Source of the DNA: Chloroflexota bacterium
Lineage (GTDB): Bacteria; Chloroflexota; UBA11872; VXOZ01
NCBI GenBank assembly: GCA_965221905.1
Contig: OZ244922.1
Location: 2,688,001 to 2,752,000 of the forward strand
Direction: 5' to 3'
Length of the DNA: 64,000 bases
A program made the translations under genes and the position numbers. Each line of letters opens with the position of its first letter. Position 1 is the first letter of the stretch. Of this stretch, positions 1 through 10,258 are shown one piece after another. The notes beneath the pieces were generated by a model. It was not told the origin of the DNA. It ran no database searches and was given only the letters and a program-made list of their open reading frames with translations.

Positions 1-65
1 CAATTGAGCACAATAGCGGTAACTTCAGGAAGCTCTACGCTCCTATTCTGCGCCACATCCCACAT
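1..65 (-). CDS. Probable GT2-family glycosyltransferase, N-terminal fragment running off the window
   Basis: Minus-strand frame from ATG at 65 reads MWDVAQNRSVELPEVTAIVLN(W), like a GT2 first beta-strand (VxxIVLNW); lies just downstream of wzm/wzt. Confidence 0.45.
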   Translation of the reverse strand, partial: MWDVAQNRSVELPEVTAIVLN

Positions 66-138
66 TCAATCTGCCGTACCCTCATTGCTAAAACTTGCAT
101 TCTAAGGTCTTCCTCAAGTACATGGCATCGCCAAGCGG

Positions 139-1845
139 TCACTCAAGCCAGACTTCACGCACTGCGACCCCAAGGTGACGTCCGTCGCGCGACCGGCCGT
201 TTTCCTGAGAGAGCACTGTTTCATCGATGATGATTTCGATCCGCACTATCTGCCCGTCTTCAGCCGGCTGGAGCTGCCCGTTTTCAGCCGGCTGAAGCGG
301 AAATAAATATCGTTCAAAGTCCGGTGTTGCAATTGAAAAATCGCCAATGTTGACATCTTCTACGAGTATTCGTCCGGTTACGGGATCCCCACTGTGGTGA
401 GGACGACACATTGCAATCCCCAGAAGCTGCGCAGCGCTATCCTTGCGCAAGTAGAGGCTTGCGCGATCCTGCGTCCAGCGCACGAGAGGAGGCCAGTTTT
501 CAACAGGATGCCAGCCTTCGGCCAAGAATTCTTCTTCCCGGTCACCCATCACAATATGGTCCGGCACAGGATTCCAGGGCACGGCCGCCGGTTTGGGTAT
601 ATCGGCCCCAGCAACGGCGCCGCCCTCCACCACCCGCCACGAAGGATTGAACGCCATCATACCGGTTTGGCTAAATTCATCGGGCACTACCACAAAGCGC
701 GCGACGCCTTTCCACATGTCAAAGGGTTGCCGCCAATCAGCCGCCGGCCATATCCCTACGCTAAGGTCAAAGCCTCCGGTGCGCATTGGTATCTTCGGAA
801 GCACGCAGAGAATCTGCCCTTCACCCTTATCAAGTGCAAAGGTCATCCCTTCCGCCGCGCTGTGGCTCCCCGCAACGTACACCCCGTCGGCACGATGCAC
901 GCCTATCCCAATACTCGCCGCAGGTATCGATTCGTGCGCAGTGTACGCAATTTGTACGTTTACGTCAGCTCCTGGCGCAACATCGATGACGGGCGTACCA
1001 GCCGAATCGGTTACCGTAACCGCGTCGATGACAACGTCACCGCTGCCCCATCGTTCTTGCCGCGTGTCTTGGACGTTCGGCAGGCTGCGCGAAGACAGAG
1101 CAACTTGCAGATCGCCTCTTTGCCGCGCCTCAGAAAGATATGCGTTGATCACGCTATCTGAGGGGCCGTGCATGCGCACCCGGCCGGCATCTATCCACAG
1201 CACCTCGTCACAGAAACGGCCGACGGACGTCAGGTCATGGGACACGAAGACGATCGTCATACCCGCCTGCTTGAACTCGCTAAGTTTTGCAAAACATTTT
1301 TGGCGAAAGGGCATGTCGCCAACTGCCAGCACTTCATCGATCACCAGGATTTCCGGATCAACGTGCACGGCGACCGCAAAGCCCAGCCGCATGTACATGC
1401 CGGACGAATAGTGCTTGACCGGCTCGTCAATGAAACGTTCGAGTTCAGCAAAGGCAACAATGTCATCAAACCGCTGTCGCATCTGCTCTCGGGGCAAGCC
1501 GAGGAAGGCCCCGTTGAGGAAGACATTCTCACGCCCGGTCAGATCGGGGTGGAATCCTGCCCCAAGTTCCAGGAGGGCCGATACTCGCCCCCGTGCGTTC
1601 GCTGTGCCGCTCGTCGGTTCGAGCACACGGCAAAGAAGCTTGAGAATGGTGCTCTTGCCTGAACCGTTGCGTCCAACGATGCCAAGGGTGCGCCCGGCTT
1701 CAAGATGAAACGAGACATCACGCAGCGCCCAAAACTCCTGGCGCGGAGCGGATCGCCGCAGCCAACCAATGACTGTCTCCTGCATCGTGCGGTGTTGGCG
1801 TACGATAAAGCGCTTCGAAACGTCCTGAAACTGGACCGCTTGCAT
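139..1845 (-). CDS. wzt: Polysaccharide ABC exporter ATP-binding subunit (Wzt/RfbB type) with Wzt_C domain and an extra C-terminal domain
   Basis: Walker A GRNGSGKST, signature YSSGMYMRLGFAVA, Walker B ILVIDE; RWGSGDVVI marks the C-terminal Wzt_C region. Confidence 0.9.
   Translation of the reverse strand: MQAVQFQDVSKRFIVRQHRTMQETVIGWLRRSAPRQEFWALRDVSFHLEAGRTLGIVGRNGSGKSTILKLLCRVLEPTSGTANARGRVSALLELGAGFHPDLTGRENVFLNGAFLGLPREQMRQRFDDIVAFAELERFIDEPVKHYSSGMYMRLGFAVAVHVDPEILVIDEVLAVGDMPFRQKCFAKLSEFKQAGMTIVFVSHDLTSVGRFCDEVLWIDAGRVRMHGPSDSVINAYLSEARQRGDLQVALSSRSLPNVQDTRQERWGSGDVVIDAVTVTDSAGTPVIDVAPGADVNVQIAYTAHESIPAASIGIGVHRADGVYVAGSHSAAEGMTFALDKGEGQILCVLPKIPMRTGGFDLSVGIWPAADWRQPFDMWKGVARFVVVPDEFSQTGMMAFNPSWRVVEGGAVAGADIPKPAAVPWNPVPDHIVMGDREEEFLAEGWHPVENWPPLVRWTQDRASLYLRKDSAAQLLGIAMCRPHHSGDPVTGRILVEDVNIGDFSIATPDFERYLFPLQPAENGQLQPAEDGQIVRIEIIIDETVLSQENGRSRDGRHLGVAVREVWLE
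250..297. repeat. 24-bp tandem duplication inside wzt (LQPAENGQ/LQPAEDGQ)
   Basis: ctgcccgtcttcagccggctggag followed by ctgcccgttttcagccggctgaag. Confidence 0.85.
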
Positions 1846-2706
1846 CTATATCTCTTCCACAAACCTGCTGGCATAGCGGCGAAAGAGCCAGAGCCCAATC
1901 CAGAGCAGCAGCATTGCTGTCGCGGCCGTCAACAGGAGATGCTTGAAGCGCCACAGCGGCCAGCCATAGAGTATGGCATAACGGTAGCCGGTAATGAGGG
2001 CAGCCATCGGATTGAGCATATACACCCAGCGCCACATGTCGAGACCGAGAAATTCCCGATTTGGGATTCGTTCAAGCTGGTAGACAATCGGGGTGAGAAA
2101 GAACCAGGCAATCAGGGCAACGTTCATAATCGATTCAATGTCGCGAAAGTAGACGTTTAGCGCAGCCACGATGAACGCTATGCCGGACAGCAGCAATATC
2201 TGCAAGAGTACGAGCGCGGGCAAAAACCAGATATGGTGGGTGAACGGAATGTTGCGAAAAGCGGCAAAGATGAAGTAGAGCGGCAGGGCCAGCAGAAAGT
2301 GTACGACGTTCGCCAGTACCACAGAGAGGGGAAGAATCTCCCGCGGAAAATAGACCTTCGTCAGCAGGTCCCGGTTTCCCGTAATGCTCGTCATCGCGCG
2401 CGTAATGACATCAGCAGTGAAGTTCCAAATCAACAGGCCGCCTAGCACGTGCATTGGGAAGTCCCGTATACGCGGCTCAATCCCCTCGGGGTCGGTCAAC
2501 ACACTGAAAACCAGTGTAAAGACAAGCATCATCAGCAGCGGATTGAGCAGCGACCACGCAAAACCGAGCACTGAGTTGCGGTAGCGCACCTTAATGTCAC
2601 GCGCTACGAGATTGACCAGCAGTTCGCGGTAATCCCACCACTCACGGAGGATTGCCCACACGTTCAGCGGATTGGGGAAGAGCACGAAGGACCGAATCGC
2701 GTTCAT
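1846..2706 (-). CDS. wzm: Polysaccharide ABC exporter permease (Wzm/RfbA type)
   Basis: RDIKVRYRNSVLGFAWSLLNPLL and KVYFPREILP motifs; multiple TM helices; abuts wzt. Confidence 0.92.
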   Translation of the reverse strand: MNAIRSFVLFPNPLNVWAILREWWDYRELLVNLVARDIKVRYRNSVLGFAWSLLNPLLMMLVFTLVFSVLTDPEGIEPRIRDFPMHVLGGLLIWNFTADVITRAMTSITGNRDLLTKVYFPREILPLSVVLANVVHFLLALPLYFIFAAFRNIPFTHHIWFLPALVLLQILLLSGIAFIVAALNVYFRDIESIMNVALIAWFFLTPIVYQLERIPNREFLGLDMWRWVYMLNPMAALITGYRYAILYGWPLWRFKHLLLTAATAMLLLWIGLWLFRRYASRFVEEI

Positions 2707-3287
2707 GTTCCGCGCAATTCAAATTGCTTGCATACTATATATTCCGCTCCGTGGGGCTTCAGATCACTCTTCATGAGCGCAATACTCTCCACCGCCAGCG
2801 CAATTGCTGTGAAATCGCGTTGTGTCGTTGCCCAGTCCTCCAGCACCTGCTGCTCCCACGGTGCAATACCGTCACGCACGCGCGCAAGCGTGATATGGGG
2901 CGAGAGCGACCGAGCTTCTCGCACAAAACCGCTGTGTTCCAGCAGACGTTCCGCGCTTCCGTGCAGCCGCTGCAACTGCTCATCGGCGTCTGTCACGGTC
3001 GCCCAGACCATCTGCGGCTTTCTCCGCCTGCGCACAATCTTTATTCCTGTGACCGAAAGCGCAAAGGGCCGTGCTCCGGCCGCCACGCCCTCCATGGTGG
3101 TCACTATAGACGCTTTCCGTTCTGCCGACATCTCGCCAAAGAACTTAAGTGTAATGTGAATGTTCTCTCTTGGCACCCAACGCACGGAGAAGGTGCGTTG
3201 GGATACGAGACGCACACTCTCCCCTAACCGACTGCGAACACTCTCGGGCAAGGTAATTGCAAGGAAGAGCCGTTCGGTTTCCACCAA
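2703..3287 (-). CDS. thpR: RNA 2',3'-cyclic phosphodiesterase (2H phosphoesterase)
   Basis: RLFLAI start and two HxT motifs (HITLKFFG, PHITLAR). Confidence 0.9.
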   Translation of the reverse strand: MVETERLFLAITLPESVRSRLGESVRLVSQRTFSVRWVPRENIHITLKFFGEMSAERKASIVTTMEGVAAGARPFALSVTGIKIVRRRRKPQMVWATVTDADEQLQRLHGSAERLLEHSGFVREARSLSPHITLARVRDGIAPWEQQVLEDWATTQRDFTAIALAVESIALMKSDLKPHGAEYIVCKQFELRGT

Positions 3288-3434
3288 ATCATCTCAGTAT
3301 TACTAATGGACGATGCAAGATGGACTTCCTAGCACTTCCAAAATTGTCGCGCACCTCTTGGCGGGTCGCACGTCTTTGGTGACTCCTGGTCAACACGAGA
3401 ATATGGGAGTCTGCACTCTTCAAGCGTTGCTCTC

Positions 3435-3464
3435 TTGTCACGTGCTCCCTAAGGAAAGTATAAT
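3435..3464 (+). promoter_or_regulatory. Candidate sigma70-type promoter for galU
   Basis: TTGTCA (3435-3440), 18 bp spacer, TATAAT (3459-3464). Confidence 0.45.
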
Positions 3465-3660
3465 CGCTGTGAAAAGAGGCTGCCAATACAGGCTTTGCAG
3501 GCTTGTCTGCGGGCCTAACTAAAGCAAATCTCCTAGGTATCGTTCATGCCTCGGTGCGGCGCGTTTTCTCGACATTTCCAGCCGTACATGAGCGTGACGA
3601 ACACACTTCATTGCTACCGTCCTCATCTTTAACCATGGCTTTACGCGCAAGGTAAACGGC

Positions 3661-4545
3661 ATGAAAGTACGCAAAGGGGTTTTCCTGGTCGCGGGCCTGG
3701 GCACCCGGACTCTCCCCGCCGCTAAATCAATCCCCAAAGTAATGCTGCCAGTCGCGGATAAGCCGGCGATCCAATATGTGGTAGAAGAGGCCGTCGCCGC
3801 TGGAATCGAGCAAGTCATCCTCGTCACGGCAGCCGGCAACCAGGCCATCGAAGACTACTTTGACACAGCCTACCGCCTTGAGGAGAGTCTTGCCGCGCGA
3901 GGAAAGCACAAGGAACTCGCAGAGCTGAATGCGATAAAAGAAATGGCCACGGTCATCGGAGTCCGTCAACACGCGCCGCTCGGCACCGGCGACGCCGTGC
4001 GCACAGCGCGCAGTGTCGTAGGCGATGAGCCGTTTGCCGTCTTCCTCCCTGACGACATTATCGACGGCGATCCACCCGCTATTCGCCAGCTTATTGACGT
4101 CCAGGAGAGCTACAAAGGAGAGGTTGTAGCCGTCATGTCAGTGCCCGACGCGCACGTCGACCGCTACGGCATCGTGGAAGGCACACCGGTTGCGGCAGGC
4201 GTGCAACGGTTGCAAAGACTCATCGAAAAACCCCCCGCTAGCGAGGCGCCCTCCAATCTCGCTATCGTGGGTCGCTATGTGTTCACACCGGCCATATTCG
4301 ACTTCATCGACCGCACTCCCGCAGGCGCTGGCGGTGAAGTGCAAATCACGGATGCCATAAATGCCTTGGCGCAAGAAGGCCCCGTCTACTCCTGCGAATT
4401 CACGGGTAAGCGCTACGACATGGGCGATAAAGTTGGCTACTTGAGCGCCTCCATCGACCTTGCGCTCAAGCGCCCGGACTTGCGCCCGGGTCTTCTAGAG
4501 TATCTGCGTGGACTCGACCTTGACCGTTTGGATTCTCCAACGTGA
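3661..4545 (+). CDS. galU: UTP--glucose-1-phosphate uridylyltransferase
   Basis: VAGLGTRTLPAAKSIPKVMLPVADKPAIQY, IEKP, SNLAIVGRY, GEVQITDAI. Confidence 0.93.
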   Translation: MKVRKGVFLVAGLGTRTLPAAKSIPKVMLPVADKPAIQYVVEEAVAAGIEQVILVTAAGNQAIEDYFDTAYRLEESLAARGKHKELAELNAIKEMATVIGVRQHAPLGTGDAVRTARSVVGDEPFAVFLPDDIIDGDPPAIRQLIDVQESYKGEVVAVMSVPDAHVDRYGIVEGTPVAAGVQRLQRLIEKPPASEAPSNLAIVGRYVFTPAIFDFIDRTPAGAGGEVQITDAINALAQEGPVYSCEFTGKRYDMGDKVGYLSASIDLALKRPDLRPGLLEYLRGLDLDRLDSPT

Positions 4546-5639
4546 GCCCAAATGACCCGCGCGCTGAGTTGGCGGCGGCACTAGCCGCCCGCCGCCAGCA
4601 CGTCTACGACTATCTGCAAGCGGCAATCGACCGAATTTCTCTGCAATCACTCCATCTTGGTGAAGCAGTTGCAAGCTACGTCCGGCAGCCGGGCAAGGGA
4701 TTGCGGTCGGGCATTCTCCTTTTGTGCTGCGGCGCCACGGGAGGTGAAGAAGAGCGTGCCATCCCCGCTGCCGCGGCAGTCGAACTCTTCCACGTTTGGA
4801 CGTTAGTGCACGACGATATCATCGACCAGGATGACGTGCGCCGCGGCAAACCGACGGTTCACGCGGACTTTGTCAAACGCGCGCAAGATGAACTGGGCGT
4901 CATCGGTGATGCCGCCGCTCACTACGGACTCACCCAGGCTTTGCTGGCCGGAGACTTGCAGCAGGGATGGTCGGCGGCGCTGCTAACGGAAACCGCCACG
5001 AAACAGGGCGTTAGCGCCAACCTTGTGCTGCATCTTGTGGCTGAACTCTTTGGCTCAGTGGAAACGCGCCTCGTGGACGGTGAGGCGCTCGACGTGCAGT
5101 TTAGCCTTGAGCCGCTTGCGAATGTAACTGAAGCCGATACTCTGGACATGATGCAGAAGAAGACCGGAGCTCTCTATGCATATGCCGCCACCGCCGGCGC
5201 CTGCATCGGCCTCGACGGTTGGCAGCCGGACGACCCTGCAGTCGCGGCGCTAGCGTCATTTGGCCGCAACTGCGGCATAGCATTCCAACTGCAGGATGAC
5301 GTGCTCGGCGTGGTCGGTGACGCGGCGGTCACAGGCAAGCCGGTTGGATCGGACATTCGAGAGGGAAAACGCACACTCATCGTCTGGGCAGCACTACGCA
5401 ACGCGACGCTCGCTCAGCGCGCAGCCATTCTCAGTACCCTAGGCAATCGCGCTACCTCCGATGAGCAGGTCGAATACGCGACGCAACTACTCCAAGACCT
5501 GGGCGGCATCGCCTACGCTCGTTCGCACGCGCGAGCGTATATCGCGGAGGCTCAGGCGCGCCTCGCAACTGTCCCGCAGTCCTCCTACCGCCATCTGCTC
5601 CACTCTCTGGCAGACTTCGTCCTGGAACGAGATTCCTAG
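4542..5639 (+). CDS. Polyprenyl diphosphate synthase (trans-IPPS family)
   Basis: First Asp-rich motif LVHDDIIDQDDVRRGKPT, second FQLQDDVL, and GSDIREGKRT. Confidence 0.9.
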   Translation: MSPNDPRAELAAALAARRQHVYDYLQAAIDRISLQSLHLGEAVASYVRQPGKGLRSGILLLCCGATGGEEERAIPAAAAVELFHVWTLVHDDIIDQDDVRRGKPTVHADFVKRAQDELGVIGDAAAHYGLTQALLAGDLQQGWSAALLTETATKQGVSANLVLHLVAELFGSVETRLVDGEALDVQFSLEPLANVTEADTLDMMQKKTGALYAYAATAGACIGLDGWQPDDPAVAALASFGRNCGIAFQLQDDVLGVVGDAAVTGKPVGSDIREGKRTLIVWAALRNATLAQRAAILSTLGNRATSDEQVEYATQLLQDLGGIAYARSHARAYIAEAQARLATVPQSSYRHLLHSLADFVLERDS

Positions 5640-5886
5640 CCCACATTACATTTGCAATCAAGGGTGTAGTAGCGTACGCTAGCGCCAACAAAACTAGCAG
5701 TAGGTGACTCGTCAAGCGAGCATCTTTGCAGGCGCCGAATTCGGATGAAGTTTCGCAGTCTCTTGAATATTGCGAGCGGCCAGCCTCTTCTCAACCTAGG
5801 TTGAGAGCAGATTAGAACTTCACACAGATCTTCGCTGAAATGAGAGCGGTGCCCAGGGCAAACGCATAACCTTAGGAGGATACGAT

Positions 5887-6915
5887 ATGGCAGACGTAAT
5901 GGGTGTGGGCTTGATTGGACCCGGGTGGGTCGCCAGCGAGCACATTCGCGCATTCAACAAAAATCCGCATACCCGCATGGTCGCAGTTTGCAGTCGTGAT
6001 CTAAGCCGTGCCCAGGGAGCCATCGACGAGTTCGATCTGGATGCCAAGCCTTATACCGACTATGAAAAGATGCTTGCTGATCCCGACGTTGACATAGTCT
6101 CCATATGCACGCCCAACTTTGCCCACGCCGAGCAGGGCGCATTGGCAGCGGAGGCAAACAAGCACCTTGTCATCGAGAAACCCATTGCCATCTCCGTGGA
6201 GCAACTCGACCGCTTGGTTACGGCGGTAAAGAAGGCCGGCGTTAAGAGTGTGGTCAGTTTCGTGCTGCGTTGGAATCCGCTGGTACAAACGCTCCACCAT
6301 CGGCGCGAGGCCGGCGACTTCGGACACATCGTCTATGCTGAAGCCGACTACATGCACGAAGTGGGTTATCTGCGTCCACCCGGTCACTGGGGTCGCTATC
6401 AGAAGAACGTGGGCAGTGCCATGCTCTCCGGCGGCAGCCACGCTATGGACTGCATTCGCTGGCTGACCGGCAAGAACGTCGAATCCGTTTCCGCCTACGC
6501 TACACCGGTGCGCTTGGAAGAGAAGGGGTTCGATTATCCCCTCACCACAGCAGCAGTGTTGCAGATGGAGGACGGCGTCGTTGGCCGAGTCACCGCCACC
6601 ATGGAACCCCACATGCCGTACGTCTTCCACATGTCGCTGCATGGTGATGAAGGCTCTGCCCGCAACAATCGATTTTACTCGTCAGCCTTCCCCGGAATCA
6701 CCGGCTTCATGGACATTCCCACCGTCATGCCGGACTCTGGAGACGTTGCCCATCACCCGTTCCAGGAAGAGATCGACCATATCGTTGATTGCATCCTGAA
6801 CGACGAAGACTCTTATGCCGATATTTTTGACTCCGTAAACACACATGAGGCATGTCTCGCTGCCGATATCTCCGCCGCGGAGGGTCGTCCCGTAGCATTG
6901 CCCCTTATCGGCTGA
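5887..6915 (+). CDS. Gfo/Idh/MocA family oxidoreductase
   Basis: GLIGPGWVA Rossmann motif, ICTPNFAH, EKP; AGGAGG RBS upstream. Confidence 0.9.
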   Translation: MADVMGVGLIGPGWVASEHIRAFNKNPHTRMVAVCSRDLSRAQGAIDEFDLDAKPYTDYEKMLADPDVDIVSICTPNFAHAEQGALAAEANKHLVIEKPIAISVEQLDRLVTAVKKAGVKSVVSFVLRWNPLVQTLHHRREAGDFGHIVYAEADYMHEVGYLRPPGHWGRYQKNVGSAMLSGGSHAMDCIRWLTGKNVESVSAYATPVRLEEKGFDYPLTTAAVLQMEDGVVGRVTATMEPHMPYVFHMSLHGDEGSARNNRFYSSAFPGITGFMDIPTVMPDSGDVAHHPFQEEIDHIVDCILNDEDSYADIFDSVNTHEACLAADISAAEGRPVALPLIG

Positions 6916-6939
6916 ACGTAGAACGGGCAAAATACCACT

Positions 6940-7773
6940 ATGCCGATTGTAGAGTCCCACGTTCATATCTGGACACAGCAAAAGGACTACCCGTTCTCAC
7001 CCACGTTGCCGGACGTGCCGGTGCCGGGCAGTGACGCCACCGCCGAGATGCTGCTTGCCGAGACAGGGCAAGCCGGTGTGGATCACGTGGTCTTGGTGCA
7101 GCCGAGCACCTACGGTTGGGACAATCGCTACCTCGCTGATAGCATTGCCCGCTACCCGCAGCAGCTTGCCGGCGTCTGCTTGGTGAATCCCCTCGACGAG
7201 AAGGCTCCGGAGCAACTGGACTACTGGGTCACAGAACGCGGCTTTCACGGGGTGCGGCTCCACGCGGTGCGGCCGGACAGTGCAGAATGGTTCACGACGA
7301 CGCAGACAGACCGCATCTGGCAGAAAGCCGCAGACCTCGGCATCCCTGTTTGCATCCTCATGGACCTAGACCATGCGCCTATGGTCGCAGAGATGGCGCG
7401 GCGTTTTCCCGGCGTGGACATCGTAGTCGATCACATGGGACGCATCGACGTCGCTGAACAGCCGCCCTATCCCAAGTTCAATGGCCTGCTTAAGTTAGCC
7501 GACCACCCGCGCACCTATGCCAAAGTCTCGGGCATGCTGCACTACAGTCAGGAGCCATACCCCTACGTAGATACGCATCCATTCTTCCGCATGGCTAAGG
7601 ATGCGTGGGGGCCGCAACGACTCATGTGGGGTACCGACTGGCCGATGCTGCTCGACAAAGCCGACTACCTCCCGCGCCTGACCGCCATCCGCGACGAGAT
7701 GCCGTTCTTCAGCAAAGCTGACCTCGAGTGGGTACTCGGCAAGACGGCCCTCAGACTCTGGCAGTTCGCCTAG
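6940..7773 (+). CDS. Amidohydrolase_2 family protein (lactonase-like)
   Basis: ESHVHIW, VVDHMG, RLMWGTDWP. Confidence 0.88.
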   Translation: MPIVESHVHIWTQQKDYPFSPTLPDVPVPGSDATAEMLLAETGQAGVDHVVLVQPSTYGWDNRYLADSIARYPQQLAGVCLVNPLDEKAPEQLDYWVTERGFHGVRLHAVRPDSAEWFTTTQTDRIWQKAADLGIPVCILMDLDHAPMVAEMARRFPGVDIVVDHMGRIDVAEQPPYPKFNGLLKLADHPRTYAKVSGMLHYSQEPYPYVDTHPFFRMAKDAWGPQRLMWGTDWPMLLDKADYLPRLTAIRDEMPFFSKADLEWVLGKTALRLWQFA

Positions 7774-8217
7774 CGGCACTGCAATGTGGCCAGGACAGCG
7801 TTGCGCGTATTGCTGTGCGTCCGATAGTGAGACCCTGTCAGTGCCGTAGAATCCTTCATGGAGTCCCTTCAACCCAAATGGACCCGATCAGCACACGAAG
7901 CTAAGGAACTTCTCAACTCTCTCTTACAACTGTACCGCTCCCCTTCCCCCCATCAAGATGTCTTCCTACCATGTTGGCATGCCGGTATAGAGCGGTCCAT
8001 GGGCTTTCCCTATTCCATGGTCTCGAGACTATGGAGTGCAACGTCCGTACACCGCCAGGCGCTCCCACTGATGGGACATCAATCCATTAGCAGGCAGCCA
8101 TTCAATACCGCACCACTCTTGCGTAAGCACGTCAGTTTTGCAGACGCGCCAAAATGGTTTACCATGAAATAAGCATCATCCGTAAACCACCCAGCGGGAC
8201 AAGAAGAGGAACCACTC

Positions 8218-10089
8218 ATGCGCCGACGACTTAGGCAACTTGTAAATTCGCTGCTTATTGCAACGGTTCTTAGTCTGACACTCTCAGCCTTGCCGGTGGC
8301 TGCCCAAGAATCAATGGACCAGCCGATTACCGGCGGTCACTTCTATAAGCAAGCCAATGGCTTTGGCGGTACAGGCAGCCAGGGATTCTCGATTTGGGAC
8401 GGTCCGGATAGTCTTGCCTTCTATAGCAAGTTCCAGCAAGTTGGCGGCGTGGGCGGCATCGGCTATCCCGCCTCGAGGCGCTGGGAGCAGGACGGTTTCA
8501 TCTACCAGGTAACGCAGGGCGCGCTGCTCCAATACCATCCCGTCTTCAATACCGTTCTCCTCGGAAACACGTTCGAGATACTCGAGAAGGCCGGGCTGAA
8601 CGCCGCGCTCGCGGCAATTGGTATTCCCGAGTCCATCACCGATGACGGATCGGGTGGGGACTTTCAAAGGGCCAAAGAAATTCGGCTCAGCTGGCTGACG
8701 AATGACGCCATCAAGCAACGCTATTTGAGTGCAGGCGGCGAGAACGCAGCCATCGAACTCTACGGCCTTCCTATGTCGCAGCCCCAGCCATTTGGGCCGT
8801 TTATTACCCAACGCTTCCAGCGCATTGCGTTCCAGTACTGGACCCAGGATATCCCTGGAATTGCGCGTAAAGGCGACGTCACTACCATTCTCGGCGGCGA
8901 CTTGTTAAAGAAATTCGACCTGCTGCCGAGTGAGGCCAAGCTGCCGCACAGCATCGACGAGCGCCCGGCTCCTGTGAGCGGCGCAATCGGACAAGCGGCG
9001 GCCCCGCCGCCCGCGACCGGTTCGATGGTGCGTACCAGTCAGGCCGCGGACAAGCTACCGCAATACATCAACAACCTTGGCTACGGCATGCAAGCAGACC
9101 TCTTCTGGCTTTCCCCGGCGGACAAGAATCGCGCCTATCAGCTCATCAAGGACGCCGGCTTCACCTGGGTGAAGCAGCAGGTCCAGTGGGCGTCCATTGA
9201 GCCTGTAGAGAAGGGCGGCTTCGACTGGGCAGAGCTAGACCGTGTAGTGAATTCAGCTCATGATTCCGGACTCAACATTCTGCTCTCGGTAGCCAAAACC
9301 CCGAACTGGGCCTTGGCACCGGGCGTTGATCACGGCCCGCCGGCAAACCCAACAGACTTTGCTGACTTCTTACGTACGCTGGCTACGCGCTACCGAGGTA
9401 AAGTGCAAGCATATGAGATGTGGAATGAAGCCAATCTTGCCATCGAATGGAAGCCGGTGACACCAGCGCCGTTCGTCGCGTTGCTTAGAGAGGCGTATAC
9501 GGCGCTCAAGCTCGCCGATCCCAATGCCGTTGCTATCCTGGGTGCGCTCACACCCACGGGCGTAATCGACCCGAACATCGCCATAGACGACGCCGTATAC
9601 TTGCGGCAACTCGTGGCCTACAACAATGGTGAGGTTGCCAACTACTTTGACGTTCTCGGTGTCCACCCGGGCGGTTACAACCACCCACCCACAGATACGC
9701 CGCAGAACATTACACGGAACCAGTCTCGCGGCTTTAGCGGGCATCCGAGCTTCTTCTTCACCCGCTATGCCGAGTTGCACAACATCCTGGCCGCGGCCGG
9801 CATTAGCAAGGATGTGTGGTTTACCGAGTTCGGCTGGGCAGTGTCGGATCAGCCGGTTGCAGGCTATGAATACGCCGCGCATAATTCCGACCAAGACCAG
9901 GCAGACTACCTGGTGAGCTCATTCAATCTCGTCAAGCAGCGGCATCCGTACGTTGGCGTTATGATCGTGTGGAACTTGAACTTCCGCGTGACTAATTCCA
10001 AGACGCACGAGACCTGGGCGTTCGGCATACTCAATAGCGACTGGAGTCCGCGACCGGCCTACAACGCGCTTAGGAACATGCCGAAGTAA
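8218..10089 (+). CDS. Secreted clan-A glycoside hydrolase (GH5/GH39-like) with N-terminal accessory domain
   Basis: Sec signal peptide ending PVAA; acid/base WNEAN; nucleophile WFTEFGW; Pro/Ala-rich linker. Confidence 0.8.
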   Translation: MRRRLRQLVNSLLIATVLSLTLSALPVAAQESMDQPITGGHFYKQANGFGGTGSQGFSIWDGPDSLAFYSKFQQVGGVGGIGYPASRRWEQDGFIYQVTQGALLQYHPVFNTVLLGNTFEILEKAGLNAALAAIGIPESITDDGSGGDFQRAKEIRLSWLTNDAIKQRYLSAGGENAAIELYGLPMSQPQPFGPFITQRFQRIAFQYWTQDIPGIARKGDVTTILGGDLLKKFDLLPSEAKLPHSIDERPAPVSGAIGQAAAPPPATGSMVRTSQAADKLPQYINNLGYGMQADLFWLSPADKNRAYQLIKDAGFTWVKQQVQWASIEPVEKGGFDWAELDRVVNSAHDSGLNILLSVAKTPNWALAPGVDHGPPANPTDFADFLRTLATRYRGKVQAYEMWNEANLAIEWKPVTPAPFVALLREAYTALKLADPNAVAILGALTPTGVIDPNIAIDDAVYLRQLVAYNNGEVANYFDVLGVHPGGYNHPPTDTPQNITRNQSRGFSGHPSFFFTRYAELHNILAAAGISKDVWFTEFGWAVSDQPVAGYEYAAHNSDQDQADYLVSSFNLVKQRHPYVGVMIVWNLNFRVTNSKTHETWAFGILNSDWSPRPAYNALRNMPK

Positions 10090-10148
10090 TGTAGTTTAGC
10101 AGTCCGGACGCGCAGGCGAATTGCGCATTGCCCGCAGCGAAGAAGATT

Positions 10149-10198
10149 CAACGAGAGACCTACCTCCCGCACAATTAGCGGGGATAGGTCTCTCGTTG
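10149..10198. terminator. Long inverted repeat, probable terminator between convergent genes
   Basis: caacgagagaccta...taggtctctcgttg 14-bp perfect outer stem followed by a short T run. Confidence 0.7.
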
Positions 10199-10258
10199 CT
10201 TTGCGAAAGCTGAGCACCGATAGGTTATGCAAGCGACTGGCGCCGCAAAATACTGCGG

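Noticed and set aside
7774-8217. ncRNA or small CDS in the gap before the glycoside hydrolase
   Set aside because: Only a weak 8-bp long-range stem and ORFs without motifs; insufficient support
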